64,000 bases of DNA from Geosiphon pyriformis uo1 (Eukaryota > Fungi > Glomeromycota), in assembly GCA_016748015.1 (NCBI GenBank), contig JAAOMT010000445.1, positions 434,001 to 498,000 of the forward strand. The letters run 5' to 3'. A program made the position numbers and the translations under genes. The notes beneath the pieces are model-generated. The model did not search any database. It saw only the letters and a list, made by a program, of their open reading frames with translations, and was not told the DNA's origin. Below, one piece after another: positions 13,550 through 27,342 of this stretch (its first letter is position 1; every line of letters begins with the position of its first letter).

Positions 13550-15301
13550 CGTCTCGTGGCTTCCATTTTCTCCGAGTTGTACTGCTGCGCCAATAAAACT
13601 ACATCCTCAATGTCGATCAATTTTACGGATTAATATTCACCCGAAATTTCCATGGAATTGATAATAATAACCGGTCTTCGGTAACTCCAATTTCGGACAT
13701 GAAAANNNNNNNNNNNNNNNNNNNNNNNNNNNNNNNNNNNNNNNNNNNNNNNNNNNNNNNNNNNNNNNNNNNNNNNNNNNNNNNNNNNNNNNNNNNNNNN
13801 NNNNNNNNNNNNNNNNNNNNNNNNNNNNNNNNNNNNNNNNNNNNNNNNNNNNNNNNNNNNNNNNNNNNNNNNNNNNNNNNNNNNNNNNNNNNNNNNNNNN
13901 NNNNNNNNNNNNNNNNNNNNNNNNNNNNNNNNNNNNNNNNNNNNNNNNNNNNNNNNNNNNNNNNNNNNNNNNNNNNNNNNNNNNNNNNNNNNNNNNNNNN
14001 NNNNNNNNNNNNNNNNNNNNNNNNNNNNNNNNNNNNNNNNNNNNNNNNNNNNNNNNNNNTATTGAAGCTATTCAAAACTAACTGAATGAAAATTTTCATG
14101 AAACTAGTTAACGTCCATTGTTAAATAAAAAAGTTTCCTATTTTGGTATAGACTCATGACTTTTAGGGGTAATCAATGAAATTTTGAAACACGCAATCTA
14201 TGAGTTTGTGTGATACTATTCGAACTTGAGAATGCTAAACAAGTAACAATGACCTGATTTTTTCGAGTTTTTTTTTTTTTTTTTTTTTTTTTTNNNNNNN
14301 NNNNNNNNNNNNNNNNNNNNNNNNNNNNNNNNNNNNNNNNNNNNNNNNNNNNNNNNNNNNNNNNNNNNNNNNNNNNNNNNNNNNNNNNNNNNNNNNNNNN
14401 NNNNNNNNNNNNNNNNNNNNNNNNNNNNNNNNNNNNNNNNNNNNNNNNNNNNNNNNNNNNNNNNNNNNNNNNNNNNNNNNNNNNNNNNNNNNNNNNNNNN
14501 NNNNNNNNNNNNNNNNNNNNNNNNNNNNNNNNNNNNNNNNNNNNNNNNNNNNNNNNNNGTCGCGTTTTTTTCGAATCTGTTTTCATGTTTCTCTTGGACA
14601 ATTTCTTTTTTTGAACATCGTCCACCTCAATCTTGATATTCCTGCCACATTGTACATATAATTCACTCATTTGGATAGATTTTTGGTAATAATATCGAGC
14701 AAACTTTAATGACAGGTCGTTTCTCTTTTTCTTATTACTTAGTTTTAATTCTTCTTCTTCTTGTTCTTCTTCTTCTTCTTTGTTTCTCTTTAATTTCTTA
14801 ATTTTTAATCAATTTTTTTTCATGTATATAAATTTTCCTTTTTTGTTAGTAATATATTCATAAAGAATGTGTCTTTTTATTTTTCTTTCTATAATGGATA
14901 TTATCTTCATAATATCAAATACACATTTCCTATATATCTATAGACACACACAATTCATTTCATTTCATNNNNNNNNNNNNNNNNNNNNNNNNNNNNNNNN
15001 NNNNNNNNNNNNNNNNNNNNNNNNNNNNNNNNNNNNNNNNNNNNNNNNNNNNNNNNNNNNNNNNNNNNNNNNNNNNNNNNNNNNNNNNNNNNNNNNNNNN
15101 NNNNNNNNNNNNNNNNNNNNNNNNNNNNNNNNNNNNNNNNNNNNNNNNNNNNNNNNNNNNNNNNNNNNNNNNNNNNNNNNNNNNNNNNNNNNNNNNNNNN
15201 NNNNNNNNNNNNNNNNNNNNNNNNNNNNNNNNNNNNNNNNNNNNNNNNNNNNNNNNNNNNNNNNNNNNNNNNNNNNNNNNNNNNNNNNNNNNNNNNNNNN
15301 N
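11033..15301. other. Region with six assembly gaps (11033-11450, 12243-12292, 12817-13275, 13706-14059, 14294-14558, 14969-15301)
   Basis: Runs of N; all X-rich ORFs here are artefacts. Confidence 0.98.
13276..13422 (+). CDS. Exon fragment of a response-regulator receiver (REC) domain (hybrid histidine kinase or response regulator); rest of gene hidden in N gaps
   Basis: MPVLSGVETTIEIRR...VPIIAVTTNTLKDQRKVYTDAGM matches the MP..dG...IR / PIIA.TA / AGM pattern of the C-terminal half of fungal REC domains. Followed by donor GTAAGT at 13423; flanked by gaps 12817-13275 and 13706-14059. Confidence 0.75.
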
Positions 15302-15381
<80 letters not shown>

Positions 15382-15393
15382 GTAATAATAATA

Positions 15394-15424
<31 letters not shown>

Positions 15425-16508
15425 AGGATATTAATAATAATAAAATATACATAATTTTTATGGATAATCTCATACGAGATCCCGGTAAAAAATTTCCCTC
15501 CTCCTACTCTTTCACTTCCACTTCCCAATTCATCCTCTTAAAAAAAAAAAAAGTTTAAATAAATCAGTTTATAGATATGATCACAAATACAGAATTGAGG
15601 ATAAACATTTACCATTCTCTTTTTGTGAATGGGCAAAAAATTCAACAGAAAAAAAAATCTTTTCTTCTGAAACAAATTAGGTTTAAAGTTTAAGTTTGGT
15701 TGATCCTTGCTACCGAAATTTCGTTTTTCGAATGGAAAAAAAAAGTCTTTGTTCTTTCTTATGGTTTCTCATATTGAAAATCAGTGAACTTTGTTTTTTG
15801 TTTTTTTGAATGAGTGATTGTTAGCAACATAAGGCAAAAAAAATTTTTTGACCGACCGACATAAAAAAGAATTCCAACTTTTTCCATTGTGCTGACCTGT
15901 TGCAAACAATTTGATATGAAGCGTGTGAAAAAAAAAACAAAACAAAAAAGAAAAGAAACAGCTCAGACGAATTTTTGTTAATGGCTGGACAAAATTCAGG
16001 GAATAAAAATAAATTTCTTTAAGCCTAGATTTTTAAAAGAAGTTATTAAAAATTTTTAAGCAAACTTCATTTGATCTTGTTCCGAAAAGTCCCGTTTTTG
16101 GTATTGGAAAAAGAAAACTTTTTGGGATGTCTACAAATTAGGATTAATATGAATGAAGATCAAAGATCGCCTCACCGCAGTAATAAGGATTCCCGTTTGT
16201 GAGTTAACTTTTGAGGTCAGTGCTTTTTGCACTAAATATGATTGGATAAATTTGTAAAGTCATGTGTAGAAAATATTTTTTTTCCCACGCATTGGGCTCT
16301 AAAAAAATCAAAAATGAAAATTGTTTCAGAGTGAATTTAAGTCTGAGACAATTTTATTTTTTTTATATAGCATCTACAAAGTATTTTGACAATCTTGCAC
16401 TACTATATAGTAAATTCAAACCATAAAAATTATAAAATGTACTATCTGTTGTAGATGTCAAATTTTGGGCTTGTGGATTCATACATAGATGCATAGATAC
16501 ATATATAG

Positions 16509-16509
<1 letters not shown>

Positions 16510-16539
<30 letters not shown>

Positions 16540-16586
16540 CATACATACATACATACATTCATACATACATACATACATTCATACAT
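16510..16586. repeat. (ACAT)n tetranucleotide microsatellite
   Basis: Directly visible. Confidence 0.9.
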
Positions 16587-16801
16587 TCAATCAAAATTTA
16601 ACATTCCTAACGCTAAAATCTTTCGTACTACAGTTTTTCTGTTTGATTTTTTTTTTGCATTCCCTTTTTCAAAAATCAGCAGATTGGTATTTCTAAAGAA
16701 AACTATATTGCAAAAAAAAAAAATTTTTTTAATCTTTTTTTTATCTATTTTACCCCACAATGTTTTCACATGTTTAGTTTTTTATCGAAAAAATTTAATT
16801 A

Positions 16802-16846
<45 letters not shown>

Positions 16847-17593
16847 GCAGTTATCGTTCTTTTAGCATTCTTTTCATTGATAAAAAGTTTTTTGTATTGT
16901 GAAAATCAAATAATTGATTGATATTCTAAATAACTTTTTGAATTTCATTAATTTTTTAAATAACATTGAATTATAATTAGGTCAATTAAAAGGATGAAAA
17001 ATCAAAAAAAAAGATTTTTCACGGTAAGACTATAAAAAAAAAAGATTTTTAAAATAATTCTCAAAGTGGTAAAATATGAGCGAAAAATCTTGATCGATTA
17101 TAATTGGTTCGACTTTTTCATTTTATGAAACCTTAAAAAATTTCAATATTTTTATTCAATAACCATTATTGAATTTGTTCATAAAACTCAAAAAATTTAC
17201 ACTGATCCTAATTGGTTTCATCATCATCATTATAATCATTATCATTATTATCATCTACCCCACAATCATATTTTCTCAAGCCTTATGCAAGATGCGTCTC
17301 CTTATGCAAAAGTGATCGATCATAAGACCTTTTAAATTTTTTTCATGGTTTCCTATTAAAACCATTTGAAATTTATTCCGAATGCCAATTGATGCATTTC
17401 TTTCATGTCAGAGTATATTAGCCATTTTCTATTTGTCAAGCTAAAAAGTGAGGATATTAAACTTGGTGAAGGGGATGACTATAGTATGGCGTTGAGTCCA
17501 CGTTTGATTTTTTTTTTCTAAAGACAGTAAAAAATTTATTAATATTGTGTTATACTTGATTATCATCTGCATATCTCACTTAAACCCTTATTG

Positions 17594-17594
17594 C

Positions 17595-17638
<44 letters not shown>

Positions 17639-17783
17639 AAACAACAACAACAACAACAACAACAACAAAAACAACAACAACAACAACAACAACAACAAAA
17701 ACAACAACAACAACAACAAAAACAAAAACAACAACAACAAAAACAACATCAACATCAACAACATCAACATTAACATCAACAAC
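17594..17783. repeat. (CAA)n microsatellite with CAAAAA/CAT interruptions
   Basis: Directly visible; source of spurious polyQ/N/V/L ORFs. Confidence 0.95.
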
Positions 17784-18616
17784 GACCAACAAGCATATGA
17801 AAGAAGTGAAACAAGGCCCTGGACAATAATAGTCATGATCTTTATTGTTTTTGTTTTAACATGAACATGCAATCTATTTTCCCAGAGAAAATTCTCAAGG
17901 AATGGAAAAATGTCTCCGCAACATTTCTTGTTGACATTTCAGTTCATGCGATTTGATTGATCATGCAAGAATTTTCCCATAGAATAGTCAGATTAAACTT
18001 TCTGAAAATTATTTTACGTTTTTCCGAAAACTTTTTTTGTTCTTTTGATTTTAATTTTTGGTCAAATATCTTTTTATGGAAAATGAATAAGATTATTAAA
18101 TGATCTGAATGTAACTTTTCTTTTTGGATTCATATATATAAAGTTAAATTGATTAAGAAACGCAAAAAAGGGAACAAGTCGTAGATTAAAAATTTTTGAA
18201 TTGATCTATTTCACAAATAGTTTTAAATCATTTCATTTTTCTTTTATCTTTCCACACAATCTTTAAAAAGTTTTTTATTTTTTTGATTGATTCTCTATTT
18301 GACTTTAATCGTCCTATAAATTTAGTAAAAAACTTTTTTATCTAGATAGGAAATAAAAATAGTTTATATTTAATCAATATCTACGTTGCACTCAAAAGGC
18401 TCAGCTATTATTATAAAAACAAATACTTTGAATGAAAACTTTTGACACCCCTCAGTTTTAGTTAATGATATATATATACTATATATATATATATCATTAA
18501 TTGTCACAGATGTGGTCGTAAAATTATCGAGTTCAAGAATTTAATTGAGTATCGAGTGCCGAGAACAAGAATCACAACATTTGGTAAAAAAATTCATGCA
18601 GATAAGCGGATACGAC

Positions 18617-18805
18617 CTACCATATGTTTATACCTTTAAACATCTGTTCCCGATGTGCAAAATTTTTCCTAGTACCCGGAAATTTATCCAATTTACTATC
18701 AAGACCGCCCAGAAAACCTAATTTAGTTGATATTGTCAAACAACGGGCATGCTGCAGTGTCATGCAAAAAAAAAGAAGAAGGCACAACAGATAAAAGAGC
18801 TTCAT
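18617..18805 (-). CDS. Candidate small secreted peptide (62 aa, or first exon of a longer gene)
   Basis: ATG start; MKLFYLLCLLLFFCMTLQHARC looks like a signal peptide (basic N, hydrophobic core, A-x-C cleavage). Locally higher GC with CpGs retained. A GTAGGT donor overlaps the stop, so it may splice. Confidence 0.4.
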   Translation of the reverse strand: MKLFYLLCLLLFFCMTLQHARCLTISTKLGFLGGLDSKLDKFPGTRKNFAHREQMFKGINIW

Positions 18806-18872
18806 CGAATTAGAAGTGTTCTACCTTAGCATTGGTTCTGATCAATTTTTTTTCTTAATTGAATAGTTGTTG

Positions 18873-18965
<93 letters not shown>

Positions 18966-19534
18966 TACTATTACGAGAATTTTTTAATGAATTTCATTAT
19001 TGCGGATGATGATGAAAAAAAATAATCTTTTTTGAGGAAACTAAAGACAAATAACTTCAAATTAATCCCAAACAGCGGCTAGAAATAATTTGTTTTATAA
19101 TCATTTGATTAAAAATTTCTAATTTCACTACGGCCCGAAGGATCTAGCAAAAAAAAAACCATTTATTATTCCAAATATCCAATCATTTTTACTCTCGTTT
19201 CGATTTTCTTTAAGCTTGGCGTCTCACTCTTTTCAACAATTGTATTCATGAAGATCCTCCGTTTTTTGTGGGCTAATTTCTTTTGGATAATCAAATGTTT
19301 AAAAGGTAATGAAAACGAAACACTGTACACTGAATATTTGATAATCGCCGATTGTTACAACTTTTAAACAAAGAAAAATTAGGTTCCTCAAAGTTCTTTT
19401 TTTCTTTTTCTTTTTTTTTTTTAAAAAAAAAAAAAAAGGAGTACAGTAACATTTCTATTATTGATTTCCCGGCTGGGTTGTACCCGCTGTAAATTATCAT
19501 GATCATTATACTTTATCAAGAACATTGAGATAAA

Positions 19535-19758
19535 TATTATTATTATTATTACTACTATTACTACTATTACTACTATTATTATTATTATTACTACTATTAC
19601 TACTATTACTACTACTATTATTATTATTATTATTATTATTACTACTACTACTACTACTACAATTACTATTACTACTACTACTACTACTACTATTACTACT
19701 ATTACTACTATTACTACTATTACTACTACCACTACCACTATTACTACTATTATTACTA
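19535..19758. repeat. Compound (TAT)/(TAC) microsatellite
   Basis: Directly visible. Confidence 0.9.
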
Positions 19759-22667
19759 GATTTTCCTTATAAACCGAGGCCTGAATTTTTAGATAATCAT
19801 TTTACGGAGATTAAATGGTAGCTATTCCACATGTGAAATTCAGAAATTTCTCACGTTAAATCATAATCTGATAAGATCATCATATCTTTAATTGATCGAA
19901 ATTAAAAGTTTATGTGATATCATCGTGATGTCCCAAAAATACAATCGTAATTATCGTGAATCGAATTGATGATTTCATCGATTCCATTCTATTCGATTTG
20001 ATTCCATACCAAACTCATTTCTACAAACGATTAATGAAATTCCCAAGTAAAGCTTGGAGATATTGTAATTTTATTTATAATTTTTAAAATCTAGCCATTT
20101 TTACTATAAAAGAATTTTCTGTACATGATATTATAACATTTTATCCACTACGCTAAACCTAAAATTATAATTATAATTAACATATGCTTTAACTTGCACA
20201 TCTTTTTAAAAATATTCGAATATTCTTTGAAATTTAAAACAGATCTCAAAAGTTTTTACTTTAATACCGATTTATTATTTAAAAGATTTTTTTAAACCAC
20301 TATGAAAAAAATCTTTTAATCCCTTTTTGGAATTGCACGATGAAATCAATTTAAAAATAACTTTATTTAAATATTCATTCATCATTCATCATTCATCATT
20401 CATCATCCATAATCGGTGATTTATGATATTTCCTTAAACGACCAAGCCCTTTATCACACTTAACCTAAACACTTTGTAAAGACAAAGGCAAAAATTAAAA
20501 ATTAAAAATTAAAAATATCTTTATGACTAGGTTTTCCACCTGATCTTTAACAAATTTGATTAATAATGAATTTATAATCATACACAGTCCAGAATAGATG
20601 GTCCATTTAGTCTGCAAAAAAGATTACCAAAACAATATTATTTTAATATAATGAATGGTAATGAATCACAAATTTGTTTTAAAAAGTATCTGTTTTTCCA
20701 AAATTCCTATTCTGTAACAATGAAGCCACATCCTATTATCTCTAAATTAAAAACGTTGGGTAAATGGCGAAAAGTTTGATTATAATTTAAATCCCTGAAT
20801 GCAAGATTTGCATTTTTGTTGGCGGCGTGACCATTGATTGATTTCTGATAGTACGACTCAAAACTTTTAAAAATACAAAACGCGAAATAACTCCTTAAAA
20901 AAAACGGCTAAACTCACATCCTGGCTAAATTTCGATAATTAAATAAGTCAGCTGAGAATTATATATGAAGAAATAATTATAACAATATATTATTGAAAAT
21001 CTTGATAAAAATTAAGGTTTAACTTAATAATCTTAAAAAGCTATAGTGAAAAATGAGTGTCATATTTAGTGCATTGTAATCAATTACTTTTAAAGTAAAT
21101 AGCCAAATACCTTAATATATCTATTATATTATTTTTGGGATTAATTCTATACGAATTGATTGCCTAGTGAAAATTCGAAATTTCCTAGTTCATAGACGTG
21201 ACCAAATATTATTTTACTTTTTATTTCTTAGACACTTGGTATTGCGTAAAGATTAGTGAACCAATAAATTTTAATTCTGTTAAACTAAATACAAGAATTA
21301 TCAAGTTTTTACAAAAAAATCTATTAATAAGTGTGTAAATATTAAATTTTCTTTCCAAAAGAACTGATCTGCTGCTGGTTCTTTCTAGCACTTTTTAAAC
21401 TTTTACAGATCTTTTTAAAAATTTTTAAATATGAAACACAATTTGATATTTTACGAGCTTTTATCATGAAAACAAGTATGAAATTTCAAAAATTTTTGTT
21501 ATTCAAAATGACGGTAAAAAATAGTGTACCATTTGACTTGAGTAAAAGAAAAGATTATAAAATCTTTTGAGAGAATTTTGAAAGTAGATTAAAAAATTAA
21601 TTAATTATTCAAGTAATTAAAGATTTTTTGTAGCACAATTTCTTTATAAACGTGTAAAAGTTAAATCTTTAAACTTTGCTGCTGCTTTTATTTTTAATAA
21701 AAATAAAAAGAATTAAAATTGAATTCTTCAGAAAATCACAGAGAATTTAAATACAGTCAAAAGCTTAGGGATCTCATTTAAATTTGGCAATAAATGAAAA
21801 AGTCAAATAATTTTTTCCCATATAAAAATTTTGAATGAATTAACTATTAATTAATATGGTCTTCTTTTAATATTTTAATGCTATTGAAAAGTATAGAATT
21901 ATGTTGATGATATATATATCCATGAATTAAAACATGGAGTACCATCGACCGTTTGAATGACTTTATGAAATTTTACATGATTCGAATTTTTAAATTCCTT
22001 TTTAGAATTTATCATTGAAAAAAAATTAAAAAAAATTGCCTCATATTAAATTCAATTTTTGTGCTTTTGTTAAAATATTGAATTAAAAATATTTGATAAT
22101 TAGAAAAATAATAAAAAAGTCAGATTTTCAAAAAATTACAAAATTTTTTTTTTCCAAAGATTAATGAAAACAATGTATTTAAATATTCATTTATTTAATT
22201 TTTTGATCTCAATGATTTATTTTAATAAAAATCTTGATTATTCACAAAAAAATATATATATATATATATATATTATTTAATTTTAATTCATATTTTCATT
22301 AATTAAAATATTAAAATTTTAGTTAGATTAACAATATAAAATTGTATTCAATGTATTTATTTTTAAATCATAAAATCATATACATATTTAAAATTCAAAA
22401 AAAAAATTTTTTTTTTAAATTTTTAACTTCGGAAACAAAACTTTTGATAAATAGAAACATAAATAAATAAATAAATAAAGTATATTGAGAATATGACTTA
22501 AATTTTTATAAATGATAAATATTTAACAATTTTTTTAATCTTAAATTATTTACTTTTTATATATTAAAATTCTTTTATAATTATTGCAAATAATTCATAA
22601 GAAAAATATTTAAAATTTTTAATATATAAACAAAGATTTTAAAACTTTTTTAAAAAACTTTAGTCAT

Positions 22668-22699
<32 letters not shown>

Positions 22700-23997
22700 G
22701 TTACTCTTTGAATGGCACTAAAAATTTTCTTCGTAATATACTCTGTATTAGTCAAGAATATCTCTTTCTCTCGAGAAATTTTTATAAAATTTTTATAAAA
22801 AAAATAATAGGTTTCATACTTTACAATTTCCCTTATCATCTTATTGAGTGTGATTCTCAAACTCGTTTCAATCATGAAACTCTTTTTTAATTTAGGCGTT
22901 TTCCAACTAGATAAAATTGAGAACGGGTAAGTATTGCGATGAAAAACAATTTTGGACAATTTTTCTTTTTTTTAAGTGAGGCTAAAGAAAAACCAGTATT
23001 TAAGATTAGGTTTGTTATTTTTGAATGAATGCAGCTTATAATCTTTAGCAAATCGTTTCTTCTCTACAGTTTACTTTGTACTCTGAGGATACATATCATA
23101 ATTTTAGAAATTTATTCTCGAAACTTTCAAATGTAGAAAACGCTATAGGATTTCCTTCAAAATAAATTCCTCCAATCATTTACCCAAAAATAATCATTTC
23201 TATTTTCAAAATATAAAAAAAAAAATTTTTTGAACAAATTTTTTAATCAAAAGTTTTAGAGTTTATAGCTATTCCAAATGAAACCAAATAATAAATTTAA
23301 TAGACATCTTGATTAAATAAACCATTTAGAAATGAGTTTATTGAGATTCTTGAGAATATAAAAATAAAAATATACAAATTCATACAAATATTTCAGATGA
23401 TTTTGAAATTTTAAGAATTGAGTAAAAATTCATCCACAAAACTTTCTCACCTTTATCAATAATTTGCTTTTAATAGGGATATTTTCATCATAAAAAAAAA
23501 AGTTTTTTTAAGGAAATATAAAAAACCGATATCTAAATATTTACCAATAGAATTTCTCATTGTATTTCTTGAGAATTTTCAGAAAAAACTATAAAGCTTT
23601 TTATAAAAAATTTGAGAAACAAAAATAATAAAAAAAGAAAAAAGATCTAAATTAAAAATTTAAAGGGTATGATTTTCTCATCTAACAAAGAAATTTTCGA
23701 CCACTAAACATAAATTGAAAAATTAAAGATAGCACAAAGAAAACCAAGAAAGTTACATGCATTTAGTATAATCCAAGCTAAATTTAACTTAATCTTGATT
23801 AGAAACTTGTTCTCCACCCTGATGAATCTTCAATAGAATGTAAAAAGACTTTGCTTTTTTTGATTGTAAAAAAGTCGAACATATTTTTAAAAAACATTTA
23901 GAACAAAAGTTTATTAGAAATTTTAGAATGAGCCAATTGAATTTTCACTTTTGTAAAATAATTTTTAAGAAATTTGAAATCTTTGATTGTTTGAATC

Positions 23998-24235
23998 CAC
24001 TCTCTTTCTACCAATCATCCTGACGGTTACAAACCCTAAAACTAGAAATGATCCAATAACCATATTTAATACCATAATCCAAGTTGCAAAGATGGTTCTC
24101 TTGATAAAAGATGCAACCTCTATATGTTACATAATAACTAGAGCACAACATAATAAAGCTGTTTGTAAAGCTTTATCAGAATGTGTTCAATTCAAGCAAA
24201 AATGTTTAGAGCAAAAGGATCCACCCTTACTTTAA
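23998..24235 (+). pseudogene. Decayed, inverted partial paralog of exon 1 (four-helix bundle) of the MLKL-like gene
   Basis: NTIIQVAKMVLLIKDATSICYII---TRAQHNKAVCKALSECVQFKQKCLEQKDP aligns with NTTIQVAKMVPFIQNAAEICDVIFQLATTAQHNKVVCKALSERVRIKQKWLEQEAP. 5'UTR-like ctctctttctaccaatcatc is also similar. No ATG at the orthologous start, early stop, no downstream exons seen. Confidence 0.85.
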
Positions 24236-27200
24236 CCTCTAAATAAATATTAAAAAAACGAATTTTATACAAAAAAAAATATACTTAACCTTGAATTATA
24301 ATTTGGAAGTCACGATATCTATGATTTTATTGTATCAATTAAAAAAAAACATTTTTTGCAAAATTTTAATAGACAATATTTTATTAAATTAATAAAAACA
24401 ATTAAATTGAATAAAGTTTCAAATAAATTTTTTTTTATAGTAGAAAAAAATAAAGTTTATTTAAGATTATTTTGAAAATATCTTAAATATTTTTCCTTGT
24501 AGATTTATTTTAAATATTGAAAATACATAATTGAAAAATAATTACAAAAATTTTATATATATCTATTTTTACTATAAAAAAAAACTATAAAAAAACTTTC
24601 AAAATATGTCACAATTTAATAATCTCAAATTATATTTTTTTAATTATACAATCAAAAATTATTAGATTCTAATAAAATTAAATAATTTTATTCTTCATAT
24701 TATTATAAATAGTTTTACTGAAAAAAATTTTTTATTTTAATTTCGCTTTCTTAAAGTTTAAAAACTATTTAATACATAATGTATGTATTAATTTTTATTT
24801 GATTTAAATAATTATTCATCTTTTTATACTTAAAATAATAATTCCAAAACAATTGACCACATTAGATATATTTGTTTAATGATAAGTTTTATTTGTGCAT
24901 ATGTAATTTTTCGGAGTTTGGTTCAAACTACTATTACAATTTTTGAAAATTGAAAATTGAAATATAGTGGCAATTGTTTTTACAAATTTACATTTAATTA
25001 TATTTTTAATTCTTCAAATAATAATTACTAATATATTTGACTTCAATATTATTGAAAAAAAAAATTTTATATTAATTCAAAAAATAAATAATAATCAATT
25101 CTGTTTAATTAATTTAATCAAATTAATGTAAAAATTGAATATAAATAAATTATCTGATTTTAATCCCGACATAATTATTTTTTGAATAATATAATATAAT
25201 AACTTAAATATAAAATTATTGTCGAATTTTAATATTAAAATAATGTCATTGTAAAGATTTTATCTGTTTTTAAATTTTAATTATTTTTTTGTTTTTTTGA
25301 TATAATCATTATTACATAAAAAAAACAAAAATGTAATATTAATTAATATGTGTTATAAAATTATTTTTTGTTTTATTTAAAACAAGAATTATAAACATAT
25401 ATTAATTATATAAATATTATATTAAATAGTTTCCAAATATTAAATTTTTAATAAAATTTTTTTTTGATAATAAATTATTATTTTATTGAATTAATAATTA
25501 AGTAATCTTTTAATAATAAAAACAGAAATAAATTTAAAAATTTAATTTAAAATAATATTCACAACCAATAAAATAATTTTGACAATATATTTATTATAAA
25601 TAAATATTGTTTCTAAAAAATTAAAGAATTTCAAATTTTGTTTTCTAATAATGCTTAAAATTATTTCAAACACATATATTTAAAGAAATACAATTCGATA
25701 TTAAAATATATAACTCTTTTAATTTTTGAAAACCTTTGATTATTTTAACTGATAATTACAATGCTTATAATAAAATGATAATATTACATGATTTCCACAA
25801 TCGGATTTTCACGCATTTAATTTTTCACAAAAAACAAACATTTCGCTATTCGAACCGCTTGCATATGTATTCACTTAAAAAATTAGGAAAATTTTAAAAG
25901 AATAAGGTGATTTTCTCTAGAAAAATTATTTTAAGTTAAAAATTATTTAAATCATCCATCCATATACAAAGTTGATTTTCATTTGTTTTCTTCATCGCTA
26001 ATAATTTCCCTAGTCTTTTGATACCCTTGTTCAACTTGTCTTTGTTCTTTAATTTTGCCTTTCTGAAAACCGATTCTTGTGATACTTATTCATATTCTCC
26101 ATTTCAATTTCAAATTCTTCCGTGTCAGTTGTGAGGTAGATATGTTCAAATACTTTTTTTTTCAATTTTCTTGAGATCTGTTAAAGTAGAGCAGTCCAAT
26201 AGAATATTTCGTACATTTTGCGAAACATAAGGTGTAAAAAAATGAAATCAAGAGACGAAACAATAAGGATACTCATAAGGGAGAGACTTTGGGTACATTA
26301 TTTACGATGCCTTCGTTCAGTGGTTAAACATTTTATTTACTAGGCGAGAATTATATCTTCATTAAACTTCTTTTCCATTTTGGGGTCGCGCGACCTATTT
26401 ATGCGCGATTTATGGTTGATCTTTACACTATAGCACCATTGTGTAAAATTCTACAAGTTACAGACCAAAGATGGTGAAGAGAATGCTTACTTTTTAAAAA
26501 GAAAACTTTAATCTAAAAACTCAATACATCTAATATCAATAAACCTTTTCAAACAACTAAATTACTCTAATTATAAGTACTATCTTCGAAAATTTCATAA
26601 TCTTAGTATTTACTATCCGAAATTTAGAAACGTAGCAATGATCACAGCTATTTTGTTGGTTGCCAACAAACCCTCTCTTTGGAAAATAATGAATCTACTT
26701 TATTCATAATAAGCAGGCTTCTCATTCTAATGATCAAAACACACTTCGTGCAAAACTATGATGAATTTTTCAATTATAACAATTTGAGTAATGCAAACTC
26801 AACTTCTTTATTCAACCACCCTCAATGCCACCTGCCACCGCATCCAGAATTAAGAAACCCCAAGTTACGAGAATCTCTACCCTTAATGAAGATTTTTTAG
26901 CTTAGCCACTTGATTGAGAAATCATTAAAACACCAAGAATTTCTAAAAATTTTATTGGTCCAGCCTGGTTTATTATTTTAGGACACAAAAATTTCCGCTT
27001 CCGGCCCTTAACATTTATACTACATTCCCCCGATGCTTAATCGTCACTCCAAATCACATACAACAATATTAAAACTTCTGGAATAATGGGAAAGATTTCA
27101 ATCCGCACAATCAAGGAAAATTCCATTTTAGATAGCGAAAAAAAGGGTCCAACTGACCAAAAAAATTCATCACAAATATTGCGAAATTGATTGGACAAGC

Positions 27201-27342
27201 AATATGACTATTTCTTTACATACATTAGAGACCAAAAGGTATACTAGTCTTTAATTCACAATTTCAATACATTTTGCGGCTGATAAATAAAAAAACATCC
27301 AAAAGGAAAATGTACAAGATTTTAAATTCAAAAAGATCAGAT

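Noticed and set aside
14559-14810. Open - strand frame (EEEE...RNDLSLKFARYYYQKSIQMSELYVQCGRNIKIEVDD...)
   Set aside because: Might be an exon, but no recognisable domain and it runs into a gap; not supportable.
10995-15528. Long ORFs containing X runs
   Set aside because: Artefacts of N gaps and (AAT)n tracts; only the REC fragment is credible.
17547-17872. PolyQ/polyN/polyL ORFs (prion-like appearance)
   Set aside because: All frames derive from a (CAA)n microsatellite with TTG/GTG starts or no coding flanks; no supporting splice structure.
25980-27250. CpG-containing stretch with short ORFs and palindrome ggtcgcgcgacc (~26383)
   Set aside because: No consistent gene model or family motif found.
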